Below, piece after piece: positions 35,841 to 49,697 of a stretch of DNA of 64,000 bases. Below the pieces are notes generated by a model that saw only the letters and a program-made list of their open reading frames with translations, searched no databases and had not been told where the DNA came from. Each line of letters opens with the position of its first letter. Positions within the stretch are counted from its first letter, which is position 1. The stretch comes from Basidiobolus meristosporus CBS 931.73. Lineage: Eukaryota > Fungi > Basidiobolomycota. The stretch is taken from the NCBI GenBank assembly GCA_002104905.1, contig MCFE01000332.1:28983-92982 (forward strand). The letters run 5' to 3'. The translations under genes and the position numbers were made by a program.

Positions 35841-38800
35841 TGTCATGATTACATAACATCCTTGGTCTCCAATTATCTAGCCAAATCAAATCAGTGAAGA
35901 AATCCCAGTTCCTTCTAGAAAGTTCTACTACATTCTAGCAACTTCTTGAAAGCTCCAAGTCAACATAACACAATGAAACATTCTATGGAAGCTTCCCATT
36001 GGATTTTGTGTAGTCCCATGCCATATATGGGAGCTACATGTCACATGACCCAGTCACATGATCAGCTGACACCTGACATATCTCCATGTGATATTCCAGT
36101 CTGTTCTCTTGTGTATTCTATCTTGGAACACTTACTGTGCCTCACCCCAGAACCCTATCAGTATTAGCTAATATCCCTTGGCATCCATTTTGCCAAAAAG
36201 TATATATAGTCTTATCCCCCCTTATGTATTCCTCAGTCTGATAAACACAGGTCTTGAATAAACAGCCTTGCCTTGGAAATCCGCCTTGCCTTGGAAACAT
36301 GTCTTGCCTTGTTGATCCACACCTAAGTCCTTTCCTGGTCCTGCCTTGCTTAGCTCTACTCTCCTGCCTTGTGTCATTGCTAAAAGCTTTATCAGACTGC
36401 TCCTGACTTAGCTGTGGATCTCTGCCTTCTACCCAAAGTTCTTGAGAAGAACTTGTAAAGGAATACCTACCATAGGCATTACCCTGAATCTTTCCCAAGT
36501 CTTGTCCTCTATAGGTCGTGTAATCATCCTGTGAACAATCTTCTCCTGAATTGTTGGGAAACTCCAATGTACAGTTACAATTTCAGGCTTTCAACTGGAC
36601 CCTCCAATGAAAATGCAGTACATTTAAAAAATATCATACGCTACCAAGTCCTTCCAGTCCTTAAGAATGCCTGTCAACATCCACCTCCCTGAATCCAGCC
36701 CTGTCTGTGTCCTTGCCCTCATAGATTCTGGTGCTTCCTCCTGTTTCATTGACCAATCATTTGTCCAGAAGCACAAAATCCCTACTGTTCTGAAATCCTG
36801 TCCTGTCTAAGTAGAAGTTATTGATGGAAGGTCCCTCTCTTCTGGTGCTGATACTCATGAGACATGTCTGCTCCAGCTGTCCGGTATAGATCACCACAAG
36901 ACATTAGCCTTCAGCATCATCAACTCTCTACACTACTCCATAGCCCTTGGAAGCTCATGGCTTAGTCACCATAACCCAGCTATCAACTGGAAGGCCAAAA
37001 TCCTGACATTCATCAGAATCCACCATGTCAACTCCATGAAACCACCTGATTTTTCAGGCAAAGAAGTATCCTTTCCTAGCCTACCCAAGATCCAGAAGCC
37101 CATCATCACTGAAGGAACCCCATCCAATGTAATACCTGCCAAATATCAAGAGTTTGCCCATGTCTTTGAAAAGAAGAAAGCCAAACTACCCCAGCCCATA
37201 GACCCTTTGATTTTACCATTGACCTTGAAGAAAGAAAAACCCCACCATTTGGTCCTATTTACAACCTCGCACAGCCTGAGTTGGAAGAACTCCATGGCTA
37301 TATTCAAGAAAACCTAAAGTAAGGTTTTATTCAGCACTCTAAGTCCCCAGCTGGTGCCCCAATCCTCTTTGTCAAAAAGAAGGATGGTACCCCAAGATTA
37401 TGTGTAGACCACTGTGCCCTGAATAAGATCATAATTAAGAACCGGTACCCTCAACCCCTGATCAGCACCCTGTTGGATCAACTCTCTGCTGCCAAAGTAT
37501 CTATTATGACTGACCTCAGAGGAGCATATGACCTTGTCAGGATCAAGCCTGGTGATAAATGGAAAACTGTGTTCAGAACAAGATATGGTCATTTTGAGTA
37601 TAAAGCTATGCCATTTGGTCTCAACAATGCCCCAGCTGTCTTTCAACACCTGATGAATGACATATTCTGTGAATACCTTGACCAATTTGTGGTTATCTAC
37701 CTTGATGACATCTTGATCTACTCCATGACACAAGAAGAATGTAATTCCCATGTCAAGAAAGTCTTGACCAAACTTGACACTGCTGGCTTCTATGCCAAAC
37801 TGGAGAAATGTGAGTTTGACCAGAAAGAAGTTGAGTTCTTAGGTTATCTTATGAGCTCAAATGCAACACAAATGGACCCCAAGAAAGTAGAAGCCATCCA
37901 GTTGTGGAAAACTCCCTATTCTGTAAAAAATGAGCAGTCCTTTCTTGGATTTCCCAACTACTACCGTAGATTTTTTGCCAACTACTCCAAGATAGTCACT
38001 CCCTGGACAAAGCTCACCCAGAAGAATCTGACCTTTGCCTAGAATGAGAAACAATCTAAGGCCTTTAATTCCATCCAGAAATCCTTCCTGTATGCTCCCC
38101 TGCTTGCTCACCCTGACCTTGAGAAACCTTTTGTCATAGAAACTGATGCCTCTGACTTTGCACTTGGTGCAATCCTTTCCCAGTACAATGACAAGAATGT
38201 ACTACACCCTATTGCATTCTACTCCTGGAAATTTCCTCCAGCTAAAGTGAACTTCAATATCTATGATAAGGAACCACTTGCAATCACAGTTTCCTTTGAA
38301 CAATGGAGACACTACCTTGATGGTGCAGCACAACAGATAAGGATCTTATGTGACCACAAGAACCTTGAGTACTTTACCACCTCAAAAGTACTAAACGCAA
38401 GGCAAGCCAGATGGTCCCTCTTCCTGTCCTGCATTGACATTGTCATCACCTATAGACCAGGTATAAAACAGGGGAAGCCTGATGCCCTGTCCAGAAAGGT
38501 GGAGTATTCCCTTGAAGAAGGGGATGATGCCTGTTGGCAAATGAAAACCTGGTCTCAGCAAAAGACACTTTGAGCTCCTTGCAACCCAGTCCTCCAGTAT
38601 TATTGCTCCCTCACTCTTTGAGAAAGTCAAGGCCAGCCAAGCCACCAATTCCCTAGCCATAACAATCAACAAATATCTCAAATTCTCCACTGACCCACCA
38701 CCCAAGCTCCCAAACCTCCAGTACCTACATCTAGTCAATGACATCATGTACCACCAACACCAACTGTTTGTTCCAGACCTTGATACCCAGTTGGATATCA

Positions 38801-40417
38801 TCCTTTCTTGCAATGATTGAATGGCTGCAGGACATTTTGGTACTGCTAAAGCCATGAATGCAATCAAGCAAGACTTCTGGTGGCCCAGGATGATATCTCT
38901 TGTCAAGGAGTACCTCCAATCCTGCAATACATGCAACCTTGTAAAATCTGCTAGACACCAGCCATATGGACTACTCCAACCCTTGCCAATCCCTGACCAG
39001 CAATGGAAGTCAATTTCAATGGACTTCATTGCCAACCTCCCAGAATCCAACCAATTCAATTCAATCCTGGTAGTGGCAGATTGGCTCATCAAGATGGCTC
39101 ACTTCATTCCCTGTTCAAAGAACATAGATGCTAGGAGACTGCGCACTTAGTGATCAAGAACATTTTCTGGCTGCATGGTATCCCCAGTGACATTGTATGA
39201 GATAGAGGACCCCAGTTCATATCAAAATTCTGGAAGCACTTCATGCAATATCTTGGTGTGCAAGTCAAGCTCTCAACCACTTTTCATCCACAGTCAGTTG
39301 GCCAGACAGAGAGAATTAACCAGATCCTTAAACAATACCTCTGGTGCAATACTAACTATCAGCAAGACAACTGGACCCAACTGCTACCACTTGCAGAATT
39401 TGCCTACAACAACTCATGTCATAGTGCAATAGGTCTCACTCCATTCTATGCAAATTTTGGATTTCATCTGCAATTTGATATCCAGATCCCAACCAACCCT
39501 ATAAGCCCCCCAGCAACTGAACATGTGTCAACAATTCTAGAAATCCAAGAAACACTCAAGAAAGAACTATCCGTAGGCCATCAGGGGTACAACAAGTTTG
39601 CAGGCAACAAATGGCAGCCAAGCCCCAAGCTTAATGAAGGAGATTCAGTATGGCTCATGAGACAAAACATTGCTACCAGCTGCCCTTGTGACAAGTTAGA
39701 CTACAAGAAACTAGGTTTAATCAAGATCAAGAAGAAACTTAGTCCAAATGTGTATCAACTACAGTTGCCACCAAGTATGAAAATTCATGACACATTCTAT
39801 GTATCCCTCCTAGAACCATTTCATGAAAGTACTCTACCCAACCGGCACCCAGCAAATCCCCCAGCCATCCAAGTGGACAAACACCAAGAGCTTAAAGTTC
39901 AGCAAGTGTTGGATTCAAAGTACATCAGACCTCAACTTCACTATCTGGTAGATTGAGCGGGTTATGGCCAAAATGATCAAACTTGGGAACCAGCAGCAAA
40001 CCCAACAAACTGTCAAGATCTAGTTGCGCTATTTACCTGACATACCCCAACAAGCCACAGACAAAAGCTTGAGGAGAGCCCCTCAAAAGAGGAGAATAGT
40101 GTCATGATCACATGACATCCCTGGTCTCCAAACATCTAACCAAATCATGTCAGTGAAGAAATCATGGTTCCTTCTAGAAAGTTCTACCGCATTCTAGCAA
40201 CTTCTTGAAAGCTCCAAGTCAACATTACACAATGGAATATTCTATGGAAGCTTTCCATTAGAATTTGTGCAGTCCCATGCCATATATGGTAGCTACATGT
40301 CCCTTGGAAATCTGCCTTGCCTTGGAAACATGTCTTGCCTTGTTGATCCACACCTAAGTCCTTTTCTGGTCCTGCCTTGCCTAGCTCTACTCTCCTGCCT
40401 TGTGTCTATTCCTAACA
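35841..40417 (+). mobile_element. Ty3/gypsy chromovirus family D
   Basis: TGTCATG...CCTAACA with 5-bp TSD CCATG. 5' LTR 35841 to about 36375, lacking its 3' end and PBS. PPT AAAAGAGGAGAATAG precedes the 3' LTR 40100-40417, which has an internal deletion. Confidence 0.9.
36400..40070 (+). pseudogene. Gypsy D gag remnant and pol (protease, RT, RNase H, integrase, chromodomain)
   Basis: IDSGAS at about 36722, VIYLDD, ETDASD, ISMDFI, TTFHPQSVGQTERIN, and chromodomain-like QVLDSKYIRPQLHYLVD*..YGQNDQTWEP. Several stops and frameshifts. Confidence 0.88.
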
Positions 40418-41058
40418 CCATGTGCCCATCTGTCCTCAGTTTCTTCTAACTCATTCTGGCTGTCCTCCATGTGCTAACTCATCATACCCCTTATGGGTTT
40501 GAGGGTAAAATCTTAATGAGACTGAGATATGGCAGTACTGCAACTTAACTAATCTTACTATCTCCCCACACATCCACTCCATTGGAAACTCCAAAAGGGT
40601 GAAGCAAGGTCCAATATTCTCAACACACCAAGCAAGATGGAGTAGCAAAGGGATACAATAGCGGCAGAGATCTACACATTCAGTTTTATGTTTGTAGTGT
40701 AGCTGCCCAAGTCCTGTCACAAACTCCTTGCTCAACAGCTTTTAATGTGTCAAGTTGGCATTGATGAACTGCTTCTAGATAAATATTCCTACAATATCCA
40801 CATATAACTCCCAATTTTTCCAATGTACTCTTGGTAGGAAGGCTTCAGAATGCCTCTTGAATAAATACATATCCAGTTCTTCCATTAATTTGTATTGTTG
40901 CATATGCATATGATTGTTGATTGGAGCCTGTGAGAGGTAGTTAGGGTAGTGGATACTCTGTTATATCTTGTCAATTCTTTCAAATTTCTCTGGTTTCATG
41001 AAGGCCACAGTTGGCTTGAAATGCCCCATTTTCAACCTGGTCATCTAATGGGGATATT

Positions 41059-41792
41059 AGACTTGTTCTGTTGGATAGTGCCACATTGAGCCATGAGTGC
41101 CAAATGATGCCATAGTGTGCCAGAGAGGCCAATTGAGCCTCTACCTGGTCACAGAGTGTGAAACATAGCTCTGCATCTTCATGCAAAGTAGCCCCTGTGT
41201 TTCACCCATTGTGTTGGAGAAAATCCATTTTTTGATCTTTTTTTTTGGATCAATGTTGTGCAGGATGTGTTAGAGCACAAGCAGATTGAACATATGCATC
41301 TGGTACTCAATACCCATGGCACTCTGAATCTAGCTCCTGTAGCTTGTATCATGTCACAAAAATGCATGGCACTATCTTGGTCCACTGGTACTATCTGGCA
41401 CTATAAGTGCTTTGTATAGATCTTACTTTAGGGCTCATATTTAAATATAGTGCCAGATAGTACCAGTGGACCAAGATAGTGCCATTCATTTTTGTGACAT
41501 GATACAAGCTACAGGAGCTAGATTCAGAGTGCCATGGGTATTGAGTACCAGATGCATATCTTCAGCTCTCCTGTGCTCTTACACATCATGAGCTACACTG
41601 ATCCACAAAAAAAGGTCAAAAAATGGATTTTCTCCTGCACAATGGGTGAAACACAGGGGCTGCTTTACATGAAGATGCAGAGCTATGTTTCACATTCTGT
41701 GGCCAAGTATAGGCTCACTTGACCTCTCTGGGACACTATGGCATCATTTGGCACTCATGGCTCAATGTGGCACTATCCAACAGAACAAGTCT
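41059..41792. mobile_element. 734-bp fold-back MITE M2
   Basis: Same length and termini as M1 with the loop inverted. TSD ATT. Inserted in the CACTA transposase remnant. Confidence 0.92.
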
Positions 41793-43079
41793 ATTGTTGA
41801 AACTCAAATGCATTGCTCCCAGTGAAAAGCTTTTGCCCCAACAAATGCCCTCTATATCAAGTATCTCCTGTCTCTGATTGATTCCATATTCTGGCTGATG
41901 GCCTATAGCTTGCCAAACTTGCTGCAACTGCATGCTGACTTCTCTACATTCTCTCTGTGGGAAGATGGTGTTCTTAGTGTTGGTGTTTAGATAATGTTAA
42001 TGTGTGTGAGTATTGGAGTAAATCCCTTGGATCTTCCACATTCAACAGCAATACCATCCATTGTGCCCAGAAATGCCAGCTATCTTGCTGATGGCTGGTG
42101 CATCTGTAATGCAGATAATAATATGCACTTTACATGATGGCCATTTACTGTTATCCCACTGGAAAGCATACAAAATTGACCCAGCAATGGATACAGCTGC
42201 AAGTGAGACTACCATTGGATATTTGCTCTGATACCATAAGATAGGCAGCAGATTCAGTCCAATGAGAATCAGTGGCCAGCAGGATATGCTGGTAGAATAC
42301 CAGTCTAATGAGAATTCATCAAGTGCTAAAGCAAAGGCATGGTCATACGTACCCTCAAGTAGCCCTTACTTCTCAGCCATTTGTAATATTTGCCATTGAA
42401 TATATTGGATATGTTTATGCTTGATTGAAACTGAGTGAGGTACTTTATGGCTTTGCAATACTTGTTGGACTGCATGAGATTCTTTAGACAGGGTATTATT
42501 GGAATATATCTGGAGTGTGGACAATGTCTTCCCTCAATGGTGGTGGATCCCTGACAGTTTGCACACATTGCAATGGTGGCATTTTTGGATGTGACTGCCA
42601 TAGAATTGTTAACACATGCTGCAATCAGGAGAGTCTCTTGGTCATATGTTGCTAGCTACATGATGGTTGTCCACTTGTACCATGTACATGGTAAGTTGTA
42701 TCCCTGAATAATTTTGGCAAGAAGCGGTAATAAATCCTCAAAGCCCCCATTACTGATGTTGGTGGAAATGTGCCACTTCTCTAGCCACCACATTGCATCA
42801 TTCACCAGTGGATCAATTACTAGGCACACTTGACTACATAAAGTATCCTTAGCATTTGTTTCAATGGGTGTTGTCTCATAGCATATTGGGATTTCATCAG
42901 GCTCATATGTGGTACTGTTGTTAGGGGAGTTTGGCTCACAATCCATCAGCTGACCTTCTTTGTTAGAGCTATCACTCTGTGTGCCATACTCAGAGGGCTG
43001 AGGCAAGCCTAAAGGTGTCACAAACTCACCTGACTCAGTTTGGACAAGGTGACAAAGACAACCAGGTGCCAATATAGAA

Positions 43080-43400
43080 CCCTATGAAATATCTCAAACT
43101 TGGAATTCATCTAACTTTTAGCTAGTATTCAGCTGGTATTCTAATGGTATTTTGCTAGTATTCAGCTTTTGTTTTGGGTTCAAAATTTCAAATGCAATTT
43201 TTGATGGAAGTACTGGTCATCTAATAACCAAATTTGCTATGTATGCTAGTTTGCCTAGTCTCCTCCTGGAGCACCTGTTTGCTTGCCTGCCCATCAGCTA
43301 AGAACAGAGATATTGAGAGTTGTCAATTCTGAGAAACTTGGAATTCAGCCAATACTTTGATGGTATTTTGCTGGCCTTTTCTCAGTTTTTTTACTTAGGG
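43080..43400. mobile_element. Putative 321-bp non-autonomous element with CCCTA...TAGGG ends
   Basis: Interrupts otherwise contiguous CACTA sequence. Starts CCCTATGAAA, ends CTTAGGG and contains an internal direct repeat AAACTTGGAATTCA. TSD not resolved. Confidence 0.5.
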
Positions 43401-45298
43401 AGTAGTATCAGCTGCCTGGCAAGATAATGTTGATACAGTAGTGACTGATCAATGGTCAAATATGACTTGTGTAGCAAAACACTGGCCATGATCCTTGTAA
43501 TACTTCCTATGATGTCTGTGTGCCTCATGGCTGAGAGGCTTGCTAAAATAGCCATATGGTCTTTTTTCTCTTCTCTTACAGCTTTAAGTCAAAGTAGTGT
43601 TGTCCATGGGGTAAACAGCTTGACCTTCAACAACTTATGCTATCAAAGCACTTATTGGTCAATACTCATGTGAATTTAAGAAAGTCTTGTACTTGAGACA
43701 TTGCACCCACATGAATGTAAGATTCAATGATGACCTGCTATAGTAGGCACTATAAATAAAGTGGTGACACCATATACACATGTATATGCAACACCATTTC
43801 CCCTTTGGTTTGACTCACTTCCACATGTATGCAACCAAAAAATAAAGCAAAGTTGTCTGGCTCCAACCTAACCCCACCTCTGATGGCAGCAGTAGGATGG
43901 TTGCACAACAGCTTTCTTTGACATTCAGTGCAACTAGCAGGGCTACATCCTAAAAAGGCCATGCTAACAATGTGCCCACTGAAGGGAATAATGCGGACTC
44001 CTCAGGCTCTCAGTCAAGTGAGCAGTTGAAGACCTCTGCAGAGCTGCCAGCTGACCAACATGCTCAGGCAGCTGAGATTGTAGCATATGCAGTACCCTCA
44101 GTTAAAGACCAGCTAATGGCTGTCAAAACATCACCACCACCCATATTAACAAGTATGTTGTCAGCTCATACAAAAGTGTTAATGAAGCAACTATGTGCAG
44201 CAGCTGACAGTATAGATGCAATGGCTCAGAAAATCAGGAAATAGCCCAGAAACAGAATGAGTGGATAAAGGGTGTAGAGCAATCATTATCCCAGGTAGAG
44301 AATGCCGAATCATTGGTGCAAAGAAGGAACTCAAGTAGCTCAATGTCACAGACAAGAATTGAGCCATTTCTCAATGTAACAGTGGAGGAACACCGTTCAG
44401 TCCTTGAAGCACAGCAACAGTGCCCAAAGATAAAGCCCATGGAAAAGCCTTTCACAGCCTTGTAGGGAGACAATGTAGTGCTTATACCAATGCCTAAATG
44501 TCAAAAGACATTGAAGATCCATGAAGCCATAGAGTACAATAATGAAGAGTGGGCTAATATTCAAGAGACTATCAGAAGTCTAGCATGCCATCACCTTGAG
44601 GCCAGCATAGCATGGGACCATCAGGAACTCAAGGTCAAGCAGAATGTGCTTGACTTGTTCCATGAGCATTATCCTGGATTCAAATGGGCAAATGGATTCT
44701 GGGCCAGCATTGGTATGCTAAGGAGGTATCTCAAGAATAGAAGAAACTATCAAAGGAAGAAGAACAATGGTGCCATGGCTAAAAACCAGTGGCTACTTCA
44801 AGAGCCTGATACAGGCAGGGCCAAAAGCTCTAAAATAGTGTTAAGGAGACATCATGTAGCTGGATGAGTCCTGATAAGGGACAGCAGGCAGACATGGATG
44901 CACCAGCACAACATTTATCAAGGATAAAGCATAGTATCACTCAAGAATCACTTTGTCAAAATAGTGGTGAAGGGCCTGGTAGTGATAAGAACCAGTTGCT
45001 TTCTCAGGAGCCCCATACAACTATGGCTGAGAGCTCAAAATAAGCAGAAAAGAAACATCAGGTTCCCAGGAGAGTGCTAGCAAGGGACAAGCAGGCCAAA
45101 ATAGATGCATCAGAGCACAAAAAGCACTTAGACAAAGTAGCAGTAAATGATCTGGCACGGATAAAGGAGAAGGTAAAGTGAAAAATGTCTACCCAAGCCT
45201 GAGACAGGGTGGCATGCAAAAAAAAATTGCAGAAAAGGCAATTTGTCTACCATGGCCATCTACAATGAAGGAGAGAATCCAGTTTTTTACATTTTTTT

Positions 45299-45673
45299 GG
45301 CACTATAAGTGCTTTGTATAGATCTTACTTTAGGGCTCATATTTAAATATAGTGCCAGATAGTGCCATGCATTTTTCTGACATGTTACAAGCCACAGGAG
45401 CTAGATTCAGAGTGCCATGGGTATAGAGTACCAGATGCATGCCTTCAATCCTTTTGTACTCTTACACAGCCTGCACAATATTGACCTAAAAAAAAGGTCA
45501 AAAAATGGGTTTCTCCAACATAATGGGTGAAACACAGGGGCGGCTTTGCATGAAGATGCAGAGCTATGTTTCACACTCTGTGGCCAAGTATAGGCTCACT
45601 TGGCCTCCCTGGCACACTATGGCATCATTTGGCACTCATGGCTCAATGTGGCACTATCCAACAGAACAAGTCT
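45299..45673. mobile_element. Half copy of fold-back MITE (M3: loop plus one arm)
   Basis: Loop and arm match M1/M2. Ends CAGAACAAGTCT followed by AGT. Confidence 0.85.
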
Positions 45674-46330
45674 AGTAACTAATAGGGTCTGTAGCTGGAG
45701 TACTTGCTTAATAAAAATTCATCAAGTGTCATAGCAGATGTATATTGCCAAGTATGCTGAAAGTAGCCCTTACTTCTTAGTTGTTTGTAATATTTGCCAG
45801 TAAATATGAGGAAGTGTCCAAGCTGGATTGATGCTGAGTGCAGTACTGTATGGCTTCACTAAATTTGTTGGACTGCATGGGCTTCATTAGACAGGGTATT
45901 ACTGGAGTATATCCAGAATGTGAATAATGATTCCTCCCAAAGTGGTGGAATCCTGGCAAGTTGGATGCCTTACAACTTTGTCCATATGTACTCTATACCT
46001 GGTATATTGCATCCTGGAATGATTTTGGCAAGAAGTAGTAGTAAATTCTCAACACCTCTATTACTGATACTTGTGGAAACACACCACTTCTCTAATTGAA
46101 ACATTGCATTATCAACCAGTATATAGCTTACTGAGCTCATTTGGCCCCACATATTATCCTTTGCATTTTTTTGTTGGTAATAACTGATTGCACAATGGGA
46201 CTTGCCAGTCTCAAGCAGGGTACAGTTATTATGTGAGATGAGCTCATAATCCATCTGTGAGCCTTCTTCTTTATACCCATTACTTTACACCTCAAATAAA
46301 GGTTACAGAGGTGAGCCAAAAAGCATCTTA
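45674..46330 (-). pseudogene. CACTA transposase remnant K6
   Basis: Reverse homolog of about 49980-50720. Confidence 0.7.
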
Positions 46331-46422
46331 AACTCACCTACCTTGGTTTTCTCATGACAATAAGTGCCACTAGGTGCTGTTCTAAAGCTATCAGGAGGCC
46401 AGCAAGATATTGTTGGTGCCAT

Positions 46423-47120
46423 TGTAGTGATAGATAAGCTCAAGGGAGAAATACAACCAGCTCTTCTCAAGTTTTTTGTATGTGGAGGGTTCACTGGGTG
46501 CAATAACATCTAGCAAAAGCTTGCTGGGAACACCCAGCTTTGACTTTACTCTAAGGTGAAGGAAAATAAAGTCACAAGCTTCTCAGGAGAAAACTAATGT
46601 GTTGCAATCCCCTACTTAGTTGATTTCTTGACTAAAAGCATGTGCTAGATTCAGCATCATTTGAAATAATAATGTACTAAAGATTCCAAAGTCAAACAGC
46701 TGTAAAATCCATCAACAGGTACTTGGTATAAGTGCTGCAGTGCTCAAAAGTTACAAAGACAGAAAAGTATTCTAGTTGGTACAAGAACAAACTTAGGAAA
46801 GAGTCAAATGTAAAAAAAAGAAACCTACTATGAATACTCATCACAAGTAGTGCCTTAAAGGTGAGTTGGCTGTCAGTGCAGCTTCCTGGTAGTGTGCTGT
46901 GGTCTAGGATTGGGAGCTCAACTAAGAGCAGGTAGCAGTGGTCACACCAATCAACAAGTTGGAATAGTGATGAAAGGGATGATGGTTTATAGCTGTAAAA
47001 TTGCCTCCTTTATATACTTTTCTTGCTGGCTCAGTGATTACTAATTATGGTGTTCCACAAGGCTTTGGGGATCAATAGAATGTTTAATGACATCAGACTG
47101 AGCTAACAATGCTCTGAGAA
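46423..47120 (-). mobile_element. Partial LTR of gypsy family A
   Basis: Aligns to the reverse of about 4000-4689 and is truncated by the K2 terminus. A PBS-like TGGCACCAACA abuts its end. Confidence 0.75.
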
Positions 47121-47399
47121 CCCTATGAAAAATTATTGAGATGATCCTGTCAAAAGGCTGTCACAAAGTTAAAGTTCCGTGACTAAGAGGTACTGATCCC
47201 ATCAGGACACTATCCAGAGACTGTTGAAAAATAATTGCACCCCAGATTTCACAAAAAACTTGGTCAAAATATTCATCACAACAATGAATAAGTGGCTTTT
47301 GATTGGCTCTCTTTCTGATCCTGGACACTATAATGCCACCTACATTTGTGTGCATTGATTGGTTATTCCCTCTTTTTCACACTCCTTACTTCCTGACTC

Positions 47400-49414
47400 A
47401 ACTGTTTCTCTTAATTTTCAAGTATACAAATTGATATATTTCCGTTGAAGCTTGTGTTGTACCTCAATTGCCAATATTATTGACCTATACAAGTCCCTAT
47501 ACCCTACACTAACATTAAGCCCAACCCCTCACTCAACAAGTAACTCCATCAAAATTCACCACTCAATAAGTATTTCTGCTGTAAAACTCTGGTTCCACAA
47601 CCTTAGCAGGAACCAAACAGCTTTATGCCAGTGTTCATTCACTGGTTCCCACACATTCTGGTCTTCAGCCAGTACTGCAAGGTCTAGCACCTCATCTGCC
47701 ACTCTTTGTAATATATCCTTGCAATATTCCAGTGAGTTTTCTTGAGCACTACTCTTGAAGAAGTACTGCAACCTCTTGGTGTGCCTATAAATGTTCCAGA
47801 ATTCCACTGAAGGCATTGTGATAGTCTTTTGAGCTCTTGACATTGTAGCCTTGTCTGTCAGTGGGATCCTTCCTCTGTCAACAATGGAGGAAGTGGAGGC
47901 TGTGGTAGACAAATTGCCTTTTTTGGCAATCTCATCTACCTTGCTGGAGTGTAGCTCAACTGGCTGCACTTCCAACTCTTGTGAGAACAGCTGCTTTCTT
48001 GTTGATAATTTGTCTTGGCTATGATGGGATTCAGTCTGCTCTTAGCTTGTGGTGTAAGTTAGCAAGAACTGCAATTCTTTTTGCATGCCTACCTGTCTCT
48101 GACTTGGGTAGACATTTCTCCCTTTACTTTTTCATTTATCACTGCCAGGCCTTTTACTGCTACTTTGTCTGAGTGCTGCTTGTAAAGAACTACATTTCTC
48201 CTTGATAAATCTTGCTCTGATGCATCTGTTTTGGACTGCTAGTCCCTTGCTGGCACTCTTCTGACAACCTGATTTTTCTTTTCAGCATATTTTGAGCTCT
48301 CAGCAGTAGTTGTGACAGGTTCCTGTAAAAGCCGCTGGCTTTTATCACTACCAGGTCCTTCACTGCTACTTTGACTGAATGCTTCTTGAGTGATATTATG
48401 CTTTTTCCTTGATAAATGTTGTACTGGTGCATCCATGTCTGCCTGCTTGTCCCCATTTGGCACTCTTCCAGCTACCTGAGGTCTCTTTGACACTTGTCTG
48501 GAGCATTTGGCCCTGCTTGTAATGGGCTGTTGAGGAAGCAGCTGGTTTTTAGCCATAGCACCCTTGTATTTCTGCCTTTGATAGCTTCTGGTATTCATAA
48601 GATACTTTCTTAGCATATCAATGCTGGCCCAAAATCTGTTTGCCTGTTTGAATCCAGGATAATGCTCATGGAACAAGTCAAGTGCATTCTGCTTGGCCTT
48701 GAGTTCCTGATGGTCCCATGATATACCAGCCTTAAGGTGATGACATGCTAGACTTCTGGTGGCCTCTTGAATGTTAGCCCACTCTTCATTATTGCACTCA
48801 ACAGCTTCACAGATCTTCAATGTCTTTTGACACTTAGGCTTTGGTATAAACACCACATTGTCTCCCTCCCATGTTGTGATAGGTTTTTCTGTGGGCTGTA
48901 TCTGTTGGCACTGTTGTTGTGCTTTAAGGACTGAATGGTGTTCCTCTGCTGTTACATTGGGAAATTGCTCAATTCTTGGCTGTGACATTGAGCTACTTGA
49001 GTTCCTTCTTTGCGGCAAATATACTGCTTTCTCTACCTGGGATATTGATTGCTCTACATGTATTATCCACACATCCTGTTTCTGGACAATTTCTTGATTT
49101 CTTTGGGCCATTGCATCAATCCTATCAGCCACTGCACTTATTTGCTTCATTAATGCCTTGGTATGAGCTGACAACATACTTGCTAATATGGGTGGTGGTG
49201 ATATTATGATGTCCACTTACTGGTCTTCAACTGAGGGTACTACATGTGCTACTTTCTCATCTACCTGAGCATAACAGTCAGCTTGTGGCTCTGCAGAGGT
49301 TTTCAGTTGCCTACCTGCCTGAGAGCCTGAGGAGTCTGCATCATTACCTTCAATGGGCATACTGCCCACAGGGCCTTTTTTGGATGTAGCTCCACTTGTT
49401 GCACTGAATGTCAA
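47400..49414 (-). pseudogene. CACTA accessory gene of unknown function (longest fragment 325 aa)
   Basis: ORFs 49217-49414, 48239-49216 and 47556-47975, with homologs in K1 and K3. Conserved block IPKPK...NNEEWANIQ...HHL...WDHQELK...FHEHYPGFK...WASI.ML. Confidence 0.65.
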
Positions 49415-49697
49415 AGCAAGCTGTTGTCCAACAGTTCTTCTATTGCCCTCAGCAGTGAGGTTGGGTTGAGAAGCAGAAAACTTTGCTTTTTTTTGGCAGC
49501 TTATATATGGAAGTGAGTCAAACCAGAGGGTAATAATGTTACATATATGTGTGTATGTGGTGCCACAACTTTATTTATAATGCTCACAATGGCAAGTCAT
49601 CATTGAATCTTATATTCATGTAGGTGCAATGTCTCAAATACAAGACTGTCTTAAATTCACATGAGTATTGACCAAAAAGTAGTATAATAGCATTACA

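Larger units (their letters stand above)
34843..45295 (-). mobile_element. CACTA-like element K3 (reverse), hosting gypsy D, M2 and a small CCCTA-ended insert
   Basis: Terminus CCCTATGAAAAATGG at 34843. Transposase remnants at 34843-35840 and 40418-43079 (minus), accessory gene at 43970-45295 (plus). Host sequence is continuous across the inserts. Confidence 0.75.
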
